Source: Lentisphaerota bacterium
GTDB taxonomy: Bacteria; Verrucomicrobiota; Kiritimatiellia; UBA8416; JABMPJ01
Length of the DNA stretch: 64,000 nt
Direction: 5' to 3'
Assembly: GCA_013203785.1 (NCBI GenBank)
Contig: JABMPJ010000047.1
Coordinates: 2,459-66,458 of the forward strand
Position numbers and translations under genes: made by a program. Positions 10,131 through 20,007 of the stretch are shown here, piece by piece. Each line of letters starts with the position of its first letter. Within the stretch, counting starts at the first letter, position 1. Below the pieces are notes generated by a model, which saw only the letters and a program-made list of their open reading frames with translations, had not been told where the DNA came from and searched no databases.

Positions 10131-12542
10131 TTATGGCTTGGGGGCATAGAGGAACAAGCGACCGAGGAAGCCTTCGATGGCCTGCGTGCGGTTCAGCCCT
10201 GTGTTGACCCACACAGCAATCGTGTTGCGCTGGCCGGGCTTGATGAGCGTGGTCACATCAAGGTCCAGTGGCGCGGGCCGGATGTAGGCTTCCAGATACT
10301 TACGGTGGCCGCAATACTGGCCGTTGATCCAGGTCCACGCTTCGCCGGGAACGGTCGGCGAATAGAGCTGAAGCGATTTCCCGGCCGCGTCGGCCGGCAC
10401 ATCCAGCTCGAACACATACCACATGTTCCCAGCATAAGGTACACCGTTCGTGGTATAGGTGCCGGGTATCTGTAGATAGAACGGCCGGGTGGTGTCAATA
10501 TCTTGCCAGTCCCGGCGGTCAAAGCCGGGCTCGTACCAACGCAGGGCTTTCCCAACGGCGGCTTCGTCGAGCGCAAAACGGGCGATTCTGTCGGCCATCA
10601 CGATCAGATCACCGGTCTTGCCGGACATGCGGTCGGCAAGATCCTGATAGTAATCGCGGCGATCAATCGCCCCCCAGTAATGATCTCCGCCATAGTACTT
10701 GGCGCGCCCCTCCTTGGACGGTGGCATGGCGAGAAAGGGGCTGATCGCTGTGATCTGCGCGCGGTACTCGATCATCTTGCGCATCTGGGCGGCGGCATCA
10801 GCATAACGGCCGTCAAACTCGGCCGCATGCACTGCCATATACGCCTTCAGATGGTCAAGCGTAAGACGGTCAATGCGCACTCGGGTCTGGTAAGGCTCCG
10901 CCACAGCGAGGGCCTCTGCGGCGACGCAATGTGCCTCCAAAGTCTGGAGCAGTTCCGGCGTGTAGATAAAGGGCAGGATGCGGTCTTCATGGCCGAGCAT
11001 GGGTGAGTCCAGGATGCACGTCTCGATGGCCTTCCAGAATGCGGCACCCGGTGTCGCGGCCGGGCCGTACCAGTGCTCGTGGTAATCGTCCAGAGTGGCC
11101 TGCAGATCGAGATTGGGATCCCACATGAGCTGTGCACGCATGTAGCGCGTGATGATCCCCTCCTCCATGATGGGCAGTCGCGTTTCGTTCGCGAAACCAA
11201 GTAGGCCCCACTGCTTGAGGTACCGGTAATTGATCGCCATTTTCTGGACCTGCGGTACAGGCGTCAGAAGCGTGACCAACATCGTGAGATTGTAGTTGTA
11301 GAGATAGACGCGCGGGTTTAGCTCGCACCAGCGACGAGTTTCCTCCGCGATCACCTGGCTGTGCCAGCTACGCGGATGGTAAAAAGGTTTGAGCGTGTCG
11401 GGCCAGATCTGGGCAAGCATCACGCTCAGATTCGGGTGCAGGGCCACACCTTCCGGCGGAAGGGATCGGTTGGCGTAGCCGTTGGTATTGAGGATAAAAT
11501 CAGGAAACTCAGCCACCACATGTTCGGCCACGCGATTAATGAAACGAAACCACTCCTCACTGATAGACCGCTCTGTGGGCACACCCGCGCGCCCTACCCA
11601 ATCGGTGAACGACTGATGCCACTCAGCAAGGGTGTCCGGGGTATGATCCATCGGCATGCCGTCGTGGGGGGCAAGACCAAGGAATTCAAGGCGCTCGCCC
11701 TCTTTCTCGGCGTCACGAATCGCGGCAATAATCTTGTCCGCCACAATACGGGCGGCCCCGGGATGGGTAAGGTTCGGGAGATGGGTATCGAGGCTGCCAT
11801 CCAGTTTGCGGGCAAATAGCTCGGGGCGGCTGTTGGTCAGGGATAGATCCGGCGTGAACTTACTCAGCGAGCCGTCCGTGGGCCAGCTGAAGATCTCTAC
11901 GTCTGCCACCTGCATCTTATTGCGCAATTTCCACAGACTGGCTTCGACGAACATCTCAGGCGGTTGATTGCACCACCAGATGCGCCGCGCAAAGGCCGGG
12001 CGCTCCTCGATGTGCAGGTCCGCAAACGTGAGGGTGGAGGCCTGCGGGATCACCTCCCCACATTCGCCCGGCATGATCCAGCGTACACCCACTCGGTTTA
12101 GAAACTCAGCCACGGCATAGTAGGTGCCCATATAGGGCCCATCATCGTTACCGGCCAACAGGAGCGTGTCGTCTTTGCAATGGATGAGATAGGCTTCTTC
12201 CTTGCGTTCGGACGTACAGCCGGATGGGATTTTTACGCCGGCCAGCGATTCCGTCAACATGCTCGCCCCCACAAGTATGAGCGCGCCGGAAGGCGCAGCG
12301 CTATCGGCGACGATGGGCAGTGTGGCACCGCTGATCTTCTCAACATAGTGCTGAAGGTCAAGCGCGGCCAGCTTGATGCCACCCTTGGCATCTACGCCGC
12401 GACGCGCGGGCTGATAGGGCTTAGCCTCCAACACCTCCGCACGTACGACTATGGTGGCGGTCGGCAGGCCATCCTGGACAAGGGTAATGGCCGGTGCGCT
12501 GCGCATGGCCAGAACGGCGATTGCAACAATCGATTTCTTCAT
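10131..12542 (-). CDS. Secreted DUF4838/GH20-like putative glycosidase (paralog C)
   Basis: Signal peptide MKKSIVAIAVLAM from the ATG at 12540-12542, with AAGGAG upstream. Overall collinear similarity to paralogs A and B, and a C-terminal jelly-roll domain. Confidence 0.7.
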   Translation of the reverse strand: MKKSIVAIAVLAMRSAPAITLVQDGLPTATIVVRAEVLEAKPYQPARRGVDAKGGIKLAALDLQHYVEKISGATLPIVADSAAPSGALILVGASMLTESLAGVKIPSGCTSERKEEAYLIHCKDDTLLLAGNDDGPYMGTYYAVAEFLNRVGVRWIMPGECGEVIPQASTLTFADLHIEERPAFARRIWWCNQPPEMFVEASLWKLRNKMQVADVEIFSWPTDGSLSKFTPDLSLTNSRPELFARKLDGSLDTHLPNLTHPGAARIVADKIIAAIRDAEKEGERLEFLGLAPHDGMPMDHTPDTLAEWHQSFTDWVGRAGVPTERSISEEWFRFINRVAEHVVAEFPDFILNTNGYANRSLPPEGVALHPNLSVMLAQIWPDTLKPFYHPRSWHSQVIAEETRRWCELNPRVYLYNYNLTMLVTLLTPVPQVQKMAINYRYLKQWGLLGFANETRLPIMEEGIITRYMRAQLMWDPNLDLQATLDDYHEHWYGPAATPGAAFWKAIETCILDSPMLGHEDRILPFIYTPELLQTLEAHCVAAEALAVAEPYQTRVRIDRLTLDHLKAYMAVHAAEFDGRYADAAAQMRKMIEYRAQITAISPFLAMPPSKEGRAKYYGGDHYWGAIDRRDYYQDLADRMSGKTGDLIVMADRIARFALDEAAVGKALRWYEPGFDRRDWQDIDTTRPFYLQIPGTYTTNGVPYAGNMWYVFELDVPADAAGKSLQLYSPTVPGEAWTWINGQYCGHRKYLEAYIRPAPLDLDVTTLIKPGQRNTIAVWVNTGLNRTQAIEGFLGRLFLYAPKP

Positions 12543-12717
12543 CGAGGAGGGGCTCCTTGGGTCGCTTGGATATCCAGTGGCGTCCACCATTGGGCCGCTC
12601 TGACCCTTGCACTTTCACCTCTACCCTCATATTGAGAGCGCTCTCATTTCTCTGAGAATGGACTAGAGCCTTGCGTACGTCAACCAATAATGGGATAGAG
12701 TAACGATTGATGGAGAT

Positions 12718-13458
12718 ATGAACGACAGGAGTAAGAAGATTATGAGACCTCTTGATCGCCGTTTCACGCCACCAGTGGCAGGCATTGACCTTGAACAAGC
12801 CATGAACTACCTGGAACTGGGACCGGTTCCGCGTGACGTGATCTACGGTCATTACACATCTGGGCGTCTCTTTTACGAGGCCGGTAGCCGGCCTTGCCTG
12901 GAAGCAGTGGCTCGTGCGGTCGTGGGTCAGGAAACACGTCCATTGGAGCAAGTCCGCATGCTGGCAGAATTCATAGCCCGCGATATCCCATGGGCGGGCT
13001 ACCACGAACAGCGGCTCGGATTCAAGCTGCCAGCTGATCGCGACCTCACGGAGGAAGCGATCATTGAGTCCGGGTTCGCGTGGTGTAATGAGCAGGCACG
13101 CGTCTTCTGTTGTCTCACACAGGTCGTGGGCATTGTTTCTCGCCTCGTATTTGCCTCGAACATCGCGAAGCGGTACGGCCATGTGATTTCCGAGGTGCTA
13201 CTGCCCGACGGTTGGCTTGCCGTGGATCAGTCGTTCGGTTTCTGTTTCGTCGCTTCTGAACGCGTGATCTGTGCCGCTGACATCTATCACGATGTCGAAG
13301 CGCGCCGTCTGCTGGCACCCGCCTATGGTAGGATTTGCGTAGATCTCATTGGAGAGCTGGGTAGAGCGATCACGAGCACAAGCTTCACCATGGCCACATC
13401 CGATACTCCGCTTGACGGATTCACAAACCTGGGCTTCTGCAACTACTTCGTGCGGTAG
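12718..13458 (+). CDS. Transglutaminase-like cysteine-protease superfamily protein
   Basis: ATG at 12718. Candidate Cys (AWCNEQARVFCCL), His and Asp (HVISEVLLPDGWLAVD) residues in the expected order. Confidence 0.6.
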   Translation: MNDRSKKIMRPLDRRFTPPVAGIDLEQAMNYLELGPVPRDVIYGHYTSGRLFYEAGSRPCLEAVARAVVGQETRPLEQVRMLAEFIARDIPWAGYHEQRLGFKLPADRDLTEEAIIESGFAWCNEQARVFCCLTQVVGIVSRLVFASNIAKRYGHVISEVLLPDGWLAVDQSFGFCFVASERVICAADIYHDVEARRLLAPAYGRICVDLIGELGRAITSTSFTMATSDTPLDGFTNLGFCNYFVR

Positions 13459-13704
13459 TTGAGACCGGGCCATCCGGCTCTGGAACGGAACAGATGGGTC
13501 GGTTTCGACTGCCGAACGCCACGCTCCAGATCAAGCCCAGTACCGAACTGTCAGCGGCGACGCTTCGCGCTGCCATGACAGATTCTTGTCTATCGATAAA
13601 GGCCTCGTTAGCAATGACTAATGATGAGATACGCAACCTTTCAAGTGCGGCCAAAGAGACATGCGTGTATGAGTACGTGCACGAGTACGGAAAAGTCCCG
13701 CCAA

Positions 13705-16620
13705 TCACATACTCATACACGTGACGGGGGCGGCGAAGCCGGCGGGCCGGATCAACGCTTGCAGGTAGCTGGCGGGCGACGTGGCACAGCGTATGGTGAG
13801 CGTGTTGTGTCCCGTCTGCCACAGCGACCTATCGATCTCCAGCAGGTGCGGCGGCTGCCACAGTGTGCCCGCCACCACGCCGTTCACCAGAATCTCGGCG
13901 GATTCATAGAGTCTCTCGAACCGCAAGGCCAGACGCTCCGGGACCGTCTTCAACTCGACCGAGCGTTCGTGGATGACAATCCCGCCGTAATGCGGGTGCC
14001 CGAAGTGACTGGGTGACGCGGGCGCGCCGAGGGGGTACGACGGGGGTCTGGGGGTCAACCGTGCCGGCGTGGAATGTCCGTGCGGAAACTCCGCATGGAA
14101 GTCCCCGAAGAGCCGCACGGCATCGTACGGCATCCCTTGCTCCACAGGCCAATCGGTGGGCAGGCTCTGCTCGATGACCAGGTGGTTGCGTCCTTCGCAA
14201 AGCAGGCGGTCAATTCGGGTCTGAAGATTGTAGGGATCATAGCGGCGACAGCGACGGAACGCGGGAACCGGCTGACCGTTGACAAAGAACCGAAAGGTAT
14301 CCGAACACGCCCGGTCGGCAGGCGGGCCCAGTTGGCTATCGCGCACGAGCCAGAGCGGACGGTCATAGCCGTGACAGTCGAACGATGTCCAGAAGGACCT
14401 GATGCGCCCCGGCACAGTCGAGGCAGCCCGGACGTCGGGAGCCAGTACATCGACGAAGGGCGCGGAAACAAACTCTACATTGCTGACATGCCGTGGCGTT
14501 GCACCAGCCACCATGCGGTATTCGTGTAGTACCAGGCAGTTGTCGGATTCAGGCCTTGCGGTCCACTCCGTCGTCAGATCCATCCATGGACGCCAGTCGC
14601 TCGCATTGCGATGAACCGGACCCGTGGGACGGATCCTCTTTGTCTGGCGGATCAATACGCTGCGGTCCGGCTCCATCTCCAAACGCGGGGGCGATGAGGC
14701 CGCATGTGACACGCCGGTTTGCGGATCGTAGATCTCGTAGGGGCCTGGAAAATCTGGTGTCACCGCCCCACTGAAGCGGGTGTCGCCGTTGTTCGTCAAA
14801 AACAGCCGGAAGCCGTTCCTCGCCGCGCGCTTATGTCCGAGTAATCGGCCGCGTGCCTTGAAGATGGGCTGACAGAGACCCGCGACGCGACGTACCAGTG
14901 TGGTCAGGCCAGTGGTGCGCCGGGGGCGGTAGACCCCATTGCCGAGGATCGGGATCTGGCGCTCCAGAGAGAGAATGGGTACCCCAGCGCGCTCGAGTTT
15001 CCGTAGGGCCGCTACGGCGTCTTCTCTCATCCATCCACCGGGCAATACCAGCGCCATGTATTGCTCTTGCTTGACCCGTAACCGTGCATCCACGGCATCC
15101 GCCCCAACCAATGCCTGGGCGTCCACGAGATCGAAATCGTATCCAGCGGTCAGGAGCCTGTCGCAGAGCTCCGCTATGAGAGTGCGCAACGGCTCCGCCG
15201 TCTCCTGCGTCCGGCTCTCGGGGTCCGTCGCCAGTGCCATAAACGCCTCACTCGGGTAGTACACGGCAAGCGGGGCCGCATGATGGCCACTCGTCAGTTC
15301 GCGCGAGAGGTTCTCAACGTATCGGCTGAGGGCACCGAAATGCTCCCAATAGGCCGCCGGGATGAACTGGGACGGAGGCGCTTCACGTTTTCGTGGGCCG
15401 TCAATCGAGTAGAACTGCCCGTGGGTACAAAGTTGATTCACACCCAGGGCATAGAGCCAGTTCGTGACCTTCCCCATGAACGCCATGTCCTGTACCCAAT
15501 CTGCCACCGCGAAGGCTTCGCACAGCACATGCGTCCGCCCGCGCGTGTGCGCGGCCGAACTGGCCAGTTTCGGACCGAGATGCAGCAGCGGATGCCGCGC
15601 ATCCCCAATCTCGGTTCCGATGTGGTCGGTGCCCGGAACAGTCATGCCGCCGATCCAGTTCATCAAGCCCGGCGTCATGTACGCTTGGCCGATCGGGTCC
15701 TCTTCGGGACTGATGTGACCGGTGAAAGCCAGGTTAACGCTCCGGCAATAGCGCTCGACCGGGACGATGTACGCCGCCCGAAATGCTTGGGAAACCGCCT
15801 CGCGGTATGCCCACCGTATAAAGGGCGTTCGTTTGTCCACATCCAACACCAGATGCGGGAGAGAGTCCGCCAGGGCCCGACCCGTCAGGGCTCGAAAAGG
15901 TACATCGAGGTACTCTGACCATGGCATCCATGCTGGCACTTTCGGTTCATCCGTAAAAATGCCGGGCACCGTCGTTCCGAAATGGCTACCGAAGCGCCGA
16001 TGGTACTCCCGGTGAGTCAGTTCGAGAAAGTAATCAACTGCCTTGGGGTTCATCAGGTCCGCATACTCGCCCCAAGGTCGATGCTCAGCATAGTGCCGCG
16101 TAAACCCGATCAGAGTGGCAGGCGTTTGGTGGATATCCACCACCACCCGGTAGTGCGTGTTCGCGGCACTGGCGCGCCAATGCGGCGCCCCTTCGGCGGT
16201 GAAAGGTGGATAGTAGTTTGTCGACTGCAGCCAGACGTCCCAGTCGGTGCGAACCAGCCCGGCGCGATCATCCACGCGCGAGACGTTCCCATCATGAACG
16301 AGGAAGGCACCAATCAGGGCACCAGCCGGCAGATCCAGCTCATACTCCCCAGGCGTGTGAACAGGGAGCTCGGCAAGACGCAGATGCGAGGCGCGATACT
16401 CGGGATGATCCAAGGTCACGCGCCCGCCCGCCATGCCCGACGGAAAGGGGTCCTCGTCGTACAGCCATGCTTCCAGACCGATCTTCTTCGCGTGGTCGAT
16501 GCAGAATCCGACAACATCGAACCACTCCCGCGAGCCATAGGGCGTGAGCAGTCCTGCGCGGGGATGCATGAAGAACCCACCAAAGCCGCGCGCCTTCAGT
16601 TCGTCTATCTGCCGCGCCAA
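13705..16620 (-). CDS. Glycoside-hydrolase-like TIM-barrel protein, paralog 3 (N-terminus apparently truncated or non-canonically initiated)
   Basis: The ORF track starts at a TTG (16618-16620) with ARQIDELKARGFGGFFMHPRAGL...WLYDEDPFPSG. The conserved SYGPLSFWCLNH block lies in-frame upstream, with no canonical start before the stop at 16723-16725. Confidence 0.65.
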   Translation of the reverse strand: MARQIDELKARGFGGFFMHPRAGLLTPYGSREWFDVVGFCIDHAKKIGLEAWLYDEDPFPSGMAGGRVTLDHPEYRASHLRLAELPVHTPGEYELDLPAGALIGAFLVHDGNVSRVDDRAGLVRTDWDVWLQSTNYYPPFTAEGAPHWRASAANTHYRVVVDIHQTPATLIGFTRHYAEHRPWGEYADLMNPKAVDYFLELTHREYHRRFGSHFGTTVPGIFTDEPKVPAWMPWSEYLDVPFRALTGRALADSLPHLVLDVDKRTPFIRWAYREAVSQAFRAAYIVPVERYCRSVNLAFTGHISPEEDPIGQAYMTPGLMNWIGGMTVPGTDHIGTEIGDARHPLLHLGPKLASSAAHTRGRTHVLCEAFAVADWVQDMAFMGKVTNWLYALGVNQLCTHGQFYSIDGPRKREAPPSQFIPAAYWEHFGALSRYVENLSRELTSGHHAAPLAVYYPSEAFMALATDPESRTQETAEPLRTLIAELCDRLLTAGYDFDLVDAQALVGADAVDARLRVKQEQYMALVLPGGWMREDAVAALRKLERAGVPILSLERQIPILGNGVYRPRRTTGLTTLVRRVAGLCQPIFKARGRLLGHKRAARNGFRLFLTNNGDTRFSGAVTPDFPGPYEIYDPQTGVSHAASSPPRLEMEPDRSVLIRQTKRIRPTGPVHRNASDWRPWMDLTTEWTARPESDNCLVLHEYRMVAGATPRHVSNVEFVSAPFVDVLAPDVRAASTVPGRIRSFWTSFDCHGYDRPLWLVRDSQLGPPADRACSDTFRFFVNGQPVPAFRRCRRYDPYNLQTRIDRLLCEGRNHLVIEQSLPTDWPVEQGMPYDAVRLFGDFHAEFPHGHSTPARLTPRPPSYPLGAPASPSHFGHPHYGGIVIHERSVELKTVPERLALRFERLYESAEILVNGVVAGTLWQPPHLLEIDRSLWQTGHNTLTIRCATSPASYLQALIRPAGFAAPVTCMSM

Positions 16621-16917
16621 CTCTGGCTTCTCGAGTCGGTGATTGAGACACCAGAATGAGAGCGGTCCGTAGGATTGTCGGTGAAACCCAGTTCTTTTAA
16701 CAAATACCTCCCTATCGCCCGGCTATCTGGGCCTATTCGCGGAACGTGAGAATCACCTGTCTGTAGTAAGGCACTAACAAATTGTCAAAACATTCTTTCT
16801 ACAGCATGGTGCCGTGATTACAGCTCATGTCCTCGGCAATCGTGCGAAAGCGTGCGCGAACAGTCATGGCCTCCCGTTACACGTGTGTCTCGTGTATACT
16901 TGGGGCCGCCATGTGGC

Positions 16918-18090
16918 TTAGCGGATGGAGATAAGCGTTCCCTCGGGAGGAACCAGACGGCCACTAAACTGCACTTCTGAGAGTCCGTAGAATGAATCGG
17001 CGTTCCCATGATGCGAGGTGATCGCGAACGAGATGTACCTGGCCCTCAATGGGGCGACAAACGTAAACAGCTCGCCCAGATAAGAGGGGGCACCTGGGGC
17101 GTTCGAAGCCACCCCGAAGGTGTATGCTCCTTGCGATACATTCGGAGTGCCCGATTCTGAGCTCCACAAATCAAGATCCTTCACACCGCGGTCCAATTGG
17201 CCAAACTCATCATAGTTCCACACATGCATCTCGAAAACATAATATAGGTCCCCAAGATCGAAGGCGACAGAGGGACTCGGGTCAATACCGCCGAAACCAT
17301 TATCTCCCGTGGATAGCCACATGGTGCTACTTGCGTTGCTGTAGACATGGGTGACGCCAGCGTTCGAAAAGGAATCGACGGGGATAGAAAGGCCTGAATA
17401 GTTGACGATGTTCGCTGCCACGCGCGTTGAATACGTGGAAGATGCTGTGGCCGTTACACCGGTTATCAGGGACGGCAACGTTGCCGGATCAACGGGAACG
17501 CCGTCGAACTGCACTTCCGAAAGCCCATAGAACGTGCTGGCGTCGCCATGGTTCGAGGTTATCGCAAACTTGATATAGCGGGCCCGAAACGGTTCGGCAA
17601 ACGCGACGAGCTCGCCTTCGTATGGAGCTCCTGCGGCCTGCGCCAACGTCTGCGCGCCTTGCGATTCGGTCGGAGATCCGAGTTCAGAACTCAACACAGT
17701 CAGGCCCTGGACACCGCGGGTGTTCGCGCTTCCACCCTCGTTGTAATTCCAAACGTGCATGTTCGACACCGTGTGGACCATCCCAAGATCGAATGTAACG
17801 GATGGACTCGGATCAACACCTCCAAAACCATCCCCCGTGGATAGCCACATGGTGGTGCTGGTTGCCCCGTGGCTTACACCGGCGTTCGTGAACGCATCGA
17901 CCGGAACGGACAGGCCTGAATAGTTAACGATGTTCGCTGCCACGCGCGATGAATACGTAGAAGACGCTGTGGCTGTTACGCCGGTTATCAAAGCTGCCAC
18001 ACCGTTCAAGGCGGACAGAGCCAGAACGACAACCATACTTGCTACCAACCGTTTCTTCATATTCGGACTCCTTGTTACATGGCTTTTCAT
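16918..18090 (-). CDS. Secreted lectin-like protein with two tandem discoidin (F5/8 type C)-like domains
   Basis: Signal peptide MKKRLVASMVVVLALSALNG. There are two 174-aa repeats, each starting LITGVTATASSTYS.RVAANIVNYSGLS and ending YGLSEVQF. Two in-frame ATGs sit at 18090 and 18060. Confidence 0.7.
   Translation of the reverse strand: MKSHVTRSPNMKKRLVASMVVVLALSALNGVAALITGVTATASSTYSSRVAANIVNYSGLSVPVDAFTNAGVSHGATSTTMWLSTGDGFGGVDPSPSVTFDLGMVHTVSNMHVWNYNEGGSANTRGVQGLTVLSSELGSPTESQGAQTLAQAAGAPYEGELVAFAEPFRARYIKFAITSNHGDASTFYGLSEVQFDGVPVDPATLPSLITGVTATASSTYSTRVAANIVNYSGLSIPVDSFSNAGVTHVYSNASSTMWLSTGDNGFGGIDPSPSVAFDLGDLYYVFEMHVWNYDEFGQLDRGVKDLDLWSSESGTPNVSQGAYTFGVASNAPGAPSYLGELFTFVAPLRARYISFAITSHHGNADSFYGLSEVQFSGRLVPPEGTLISIR
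16948..17991 (-). repeat. Intragenic tandem duplication (2 x 522 bp) encoding the two discoidin-like domains
   Basis: Near-identical DNA stretches at 17391-17468 and 17913-17990 (ggcctgaatagtt.acgatgttcgctgccacgcgcg...), 522 bp apart. Confidence 0.7.
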
Positions 18091-18184
18091 ATTCGGACTC
18101 CCCTATTACAGGACTGGAGATATTCTCCCAATTGTCCCAAAACATGTCTAGCATGCTATTGACCAGTTATTGTACGATATTGTC

Positions 18185-19069
18185 ATGCGACTATCCGTCT
18201 TCACGCGTGACGAGTATTGGCCATCGCATGATATGCGTGTCACGGTGCGGCATGAGCCGCATCAGGGCGAGACGTATCGCCATGAACATATATTTAACGA
18301 AATTGCCTTCATTGTAGCGGGTACCGCAGAGCATGTCACGGTTGCAGGCAGCCGCAGATTGTATCCCGGCGATGTCATCGTGATTCGCCCCCGCATGTGG
18401 CATCAGTATGTGCAAACGTCCTCGTTTGCGCTGATCAATTGCCTGTTCGACGGCAGCATGCTTCGGCACGGCGACGAACGAGTCTTGCAGGCACCCATGT
18501 TGTTCGCTCTGTTCAGGCAGCGCGTTCCCCAGGCGCAGATGATTGCCCCGTTGTTGCTGCACGCCTCGCCCGCGCAACAGGAACGGTTGACGGGTTGTCT
18601 GGACATCATGCGAGATGAATTGACGGAACAGACCAGGGGCTGGAAACCGGCATTAACCGTCGCTCTGATGGATTTCCTCGTGAGTATCGCCCGCTTGGAC
18701 AACTCGCCAAACACGAGGACAGCCCACAAGGGAACGCGCGCGCACAAGGCGGTGATGGAGGTCGTCAACTACCTCGAGACGCACTTCACGGCCCCCCCTG
18801 TCCTGGGCGCCTTGGCCAAGATGGTGCACCTGAGCCCGGCATACCTATGCCGAACGTTCACGCGGCAGATGGGCATGAGCATCGTGGCGTATCTTCACCA
18901 TATGCGTATTGAGGAAGCGTGCCGCCTTCTGCGCCACACCAACCGTTCGATCACCGAGGTGGCCGGTCAGGTCGGCTACAATGAGATCGCGTACTTCTCG
19001 CGCCGTTTCCGGGCTGAAATGGGACGCTCCCCCCGCCAATACAGGAACGCCGACGGACTACAAGGATGA
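18185..19069 (+). CDS. AraC/XylS-family transcriptional regulator (cupin sensor + HTH)
   Basis: C-terminal AraC HTH signature (YLCRTFTRQMGMSIVAYLHHMRIEEACRLLRHTNRSITEVAGQVGYNEIAYFSRRFRAEMGRSPRQYR). First ATG at 18185; the track start at 18170 is a TTG. Divergent from the lectin gene. Confidence 0.85.
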   Translation: MRLSVFTRDEYWPSHDMRVTVRHEPHQGETYRHEHIFNEIAFIVAGTAEHVTVAGSRRLYPGDVIVIRPRMWHQYVQTSSFALINCLFDGSMLRHGDERVLQAPMLFALFRQRVPQAQMIAPLLLHASPAQQERLTGCLDIMRDELTEQTRGWKPALTVALMDFLVSIARLDNSPNTRTAHKGTRAHKAVMEVVNYLETHFTAPPVLGALAKMVHLSPAYLCRTFTRQMGMSIVAYLHHMRIEEACRLLRHTNRSITEVAGQVGYNEIAYFSRRFRAEMGRSPRQYRNADGLQG

Positions 19070-19306
19070 TTCCAGATCGGATTCAGTGCAGACGCAGACC
19101 TGGTACACTTCAGAAGCGTCCCATGGGGCGCCTTTAGATCCACTTCTCCTGATAGCGCGTCACGGGAGCCAGAAGTCCTCCCGTACCAAGCTCGTTGATG
19201 AACGTGCGTTCTGCTTGCGACCTACGTCGCCATCTACTGATGTCTGGTTGTGTTGCGCCACCGGAACACGATCATGTGGTTGGCCATGAATTGCGGCTAA
19301 GGTACG

Positions 19307-19765
19307 TTGGCGTCCGGTCGGTTCCCGGAGAACTGGACCGCACTCGTTGCTGACTACAATAGCCGTGACTACATCCTTGAGTTTCGCGTAGGAGGTCTGT
19401 TCTGGTTCTTGAGGGGCCTCATGGGGCCCGAGGCCTGTTTACGTGCCTTCTACGACGACCCTCAGCTCGTGCGAGATATGATCGATTGCTTCGGAGCTTG
19501 CGCCTTGTGGGTGGCTGATGTCGGCACACGCGACGTGACGCCCTGGCGATCAGTACACGCCACAATGGAGACCGGCGGCATCGACAAACGCGCCATCGCA
19601 CACAGCAAGCAAGTCATTGACGAACACTTCCACGCTCTCGTCCCCGCAATGCTACAGAGCGGCGGGTATATCCCGCATGTGGACCACGGGGTCGCCAGCG
19701 ACCTGCCGTTTGGGAACGACGCCCACTACCGCGACCTCCTACGCGAGATATCGGAAGGGGCGTGA
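19307..19765 (+). pseudogene. Possible C-terminal remnant of a uroporphyrinogen-decarboxylase (URO-D/MtaA)-family gene
   Basis: The 152-aa ORF ends ...QSGGYIPHVDHGVASDLPFGNDAHYRDLLREI, reminiscent of the URO-D-family C-terminus. No room upstream for the missing ~200 aa (AraC ends at 19069). Weak call. Confidence 0.25.
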
Positions 19766-20007
19766 TTGGGCTGGATGACTCGGCGTCGTGAGCGCCTGTT
19801 CATGCTGGGGGCACATCTGCGTTTCGGCCTCGGAATCGCTTCTCGATAGCGAGGCTGATTCCAAAAGAAACCCGCTTTCACCCAGTGGGAAAGACTCGGA
19901 GTTCTCTGCGGTCGGCATGAGTGCAACGAAACACAGATGCACCTCTCCATGCGCTGACGGGGCGATGGGATCTGGACATAGTGGCAGGTGCGCGGCATAG
20001 TTCCGGT

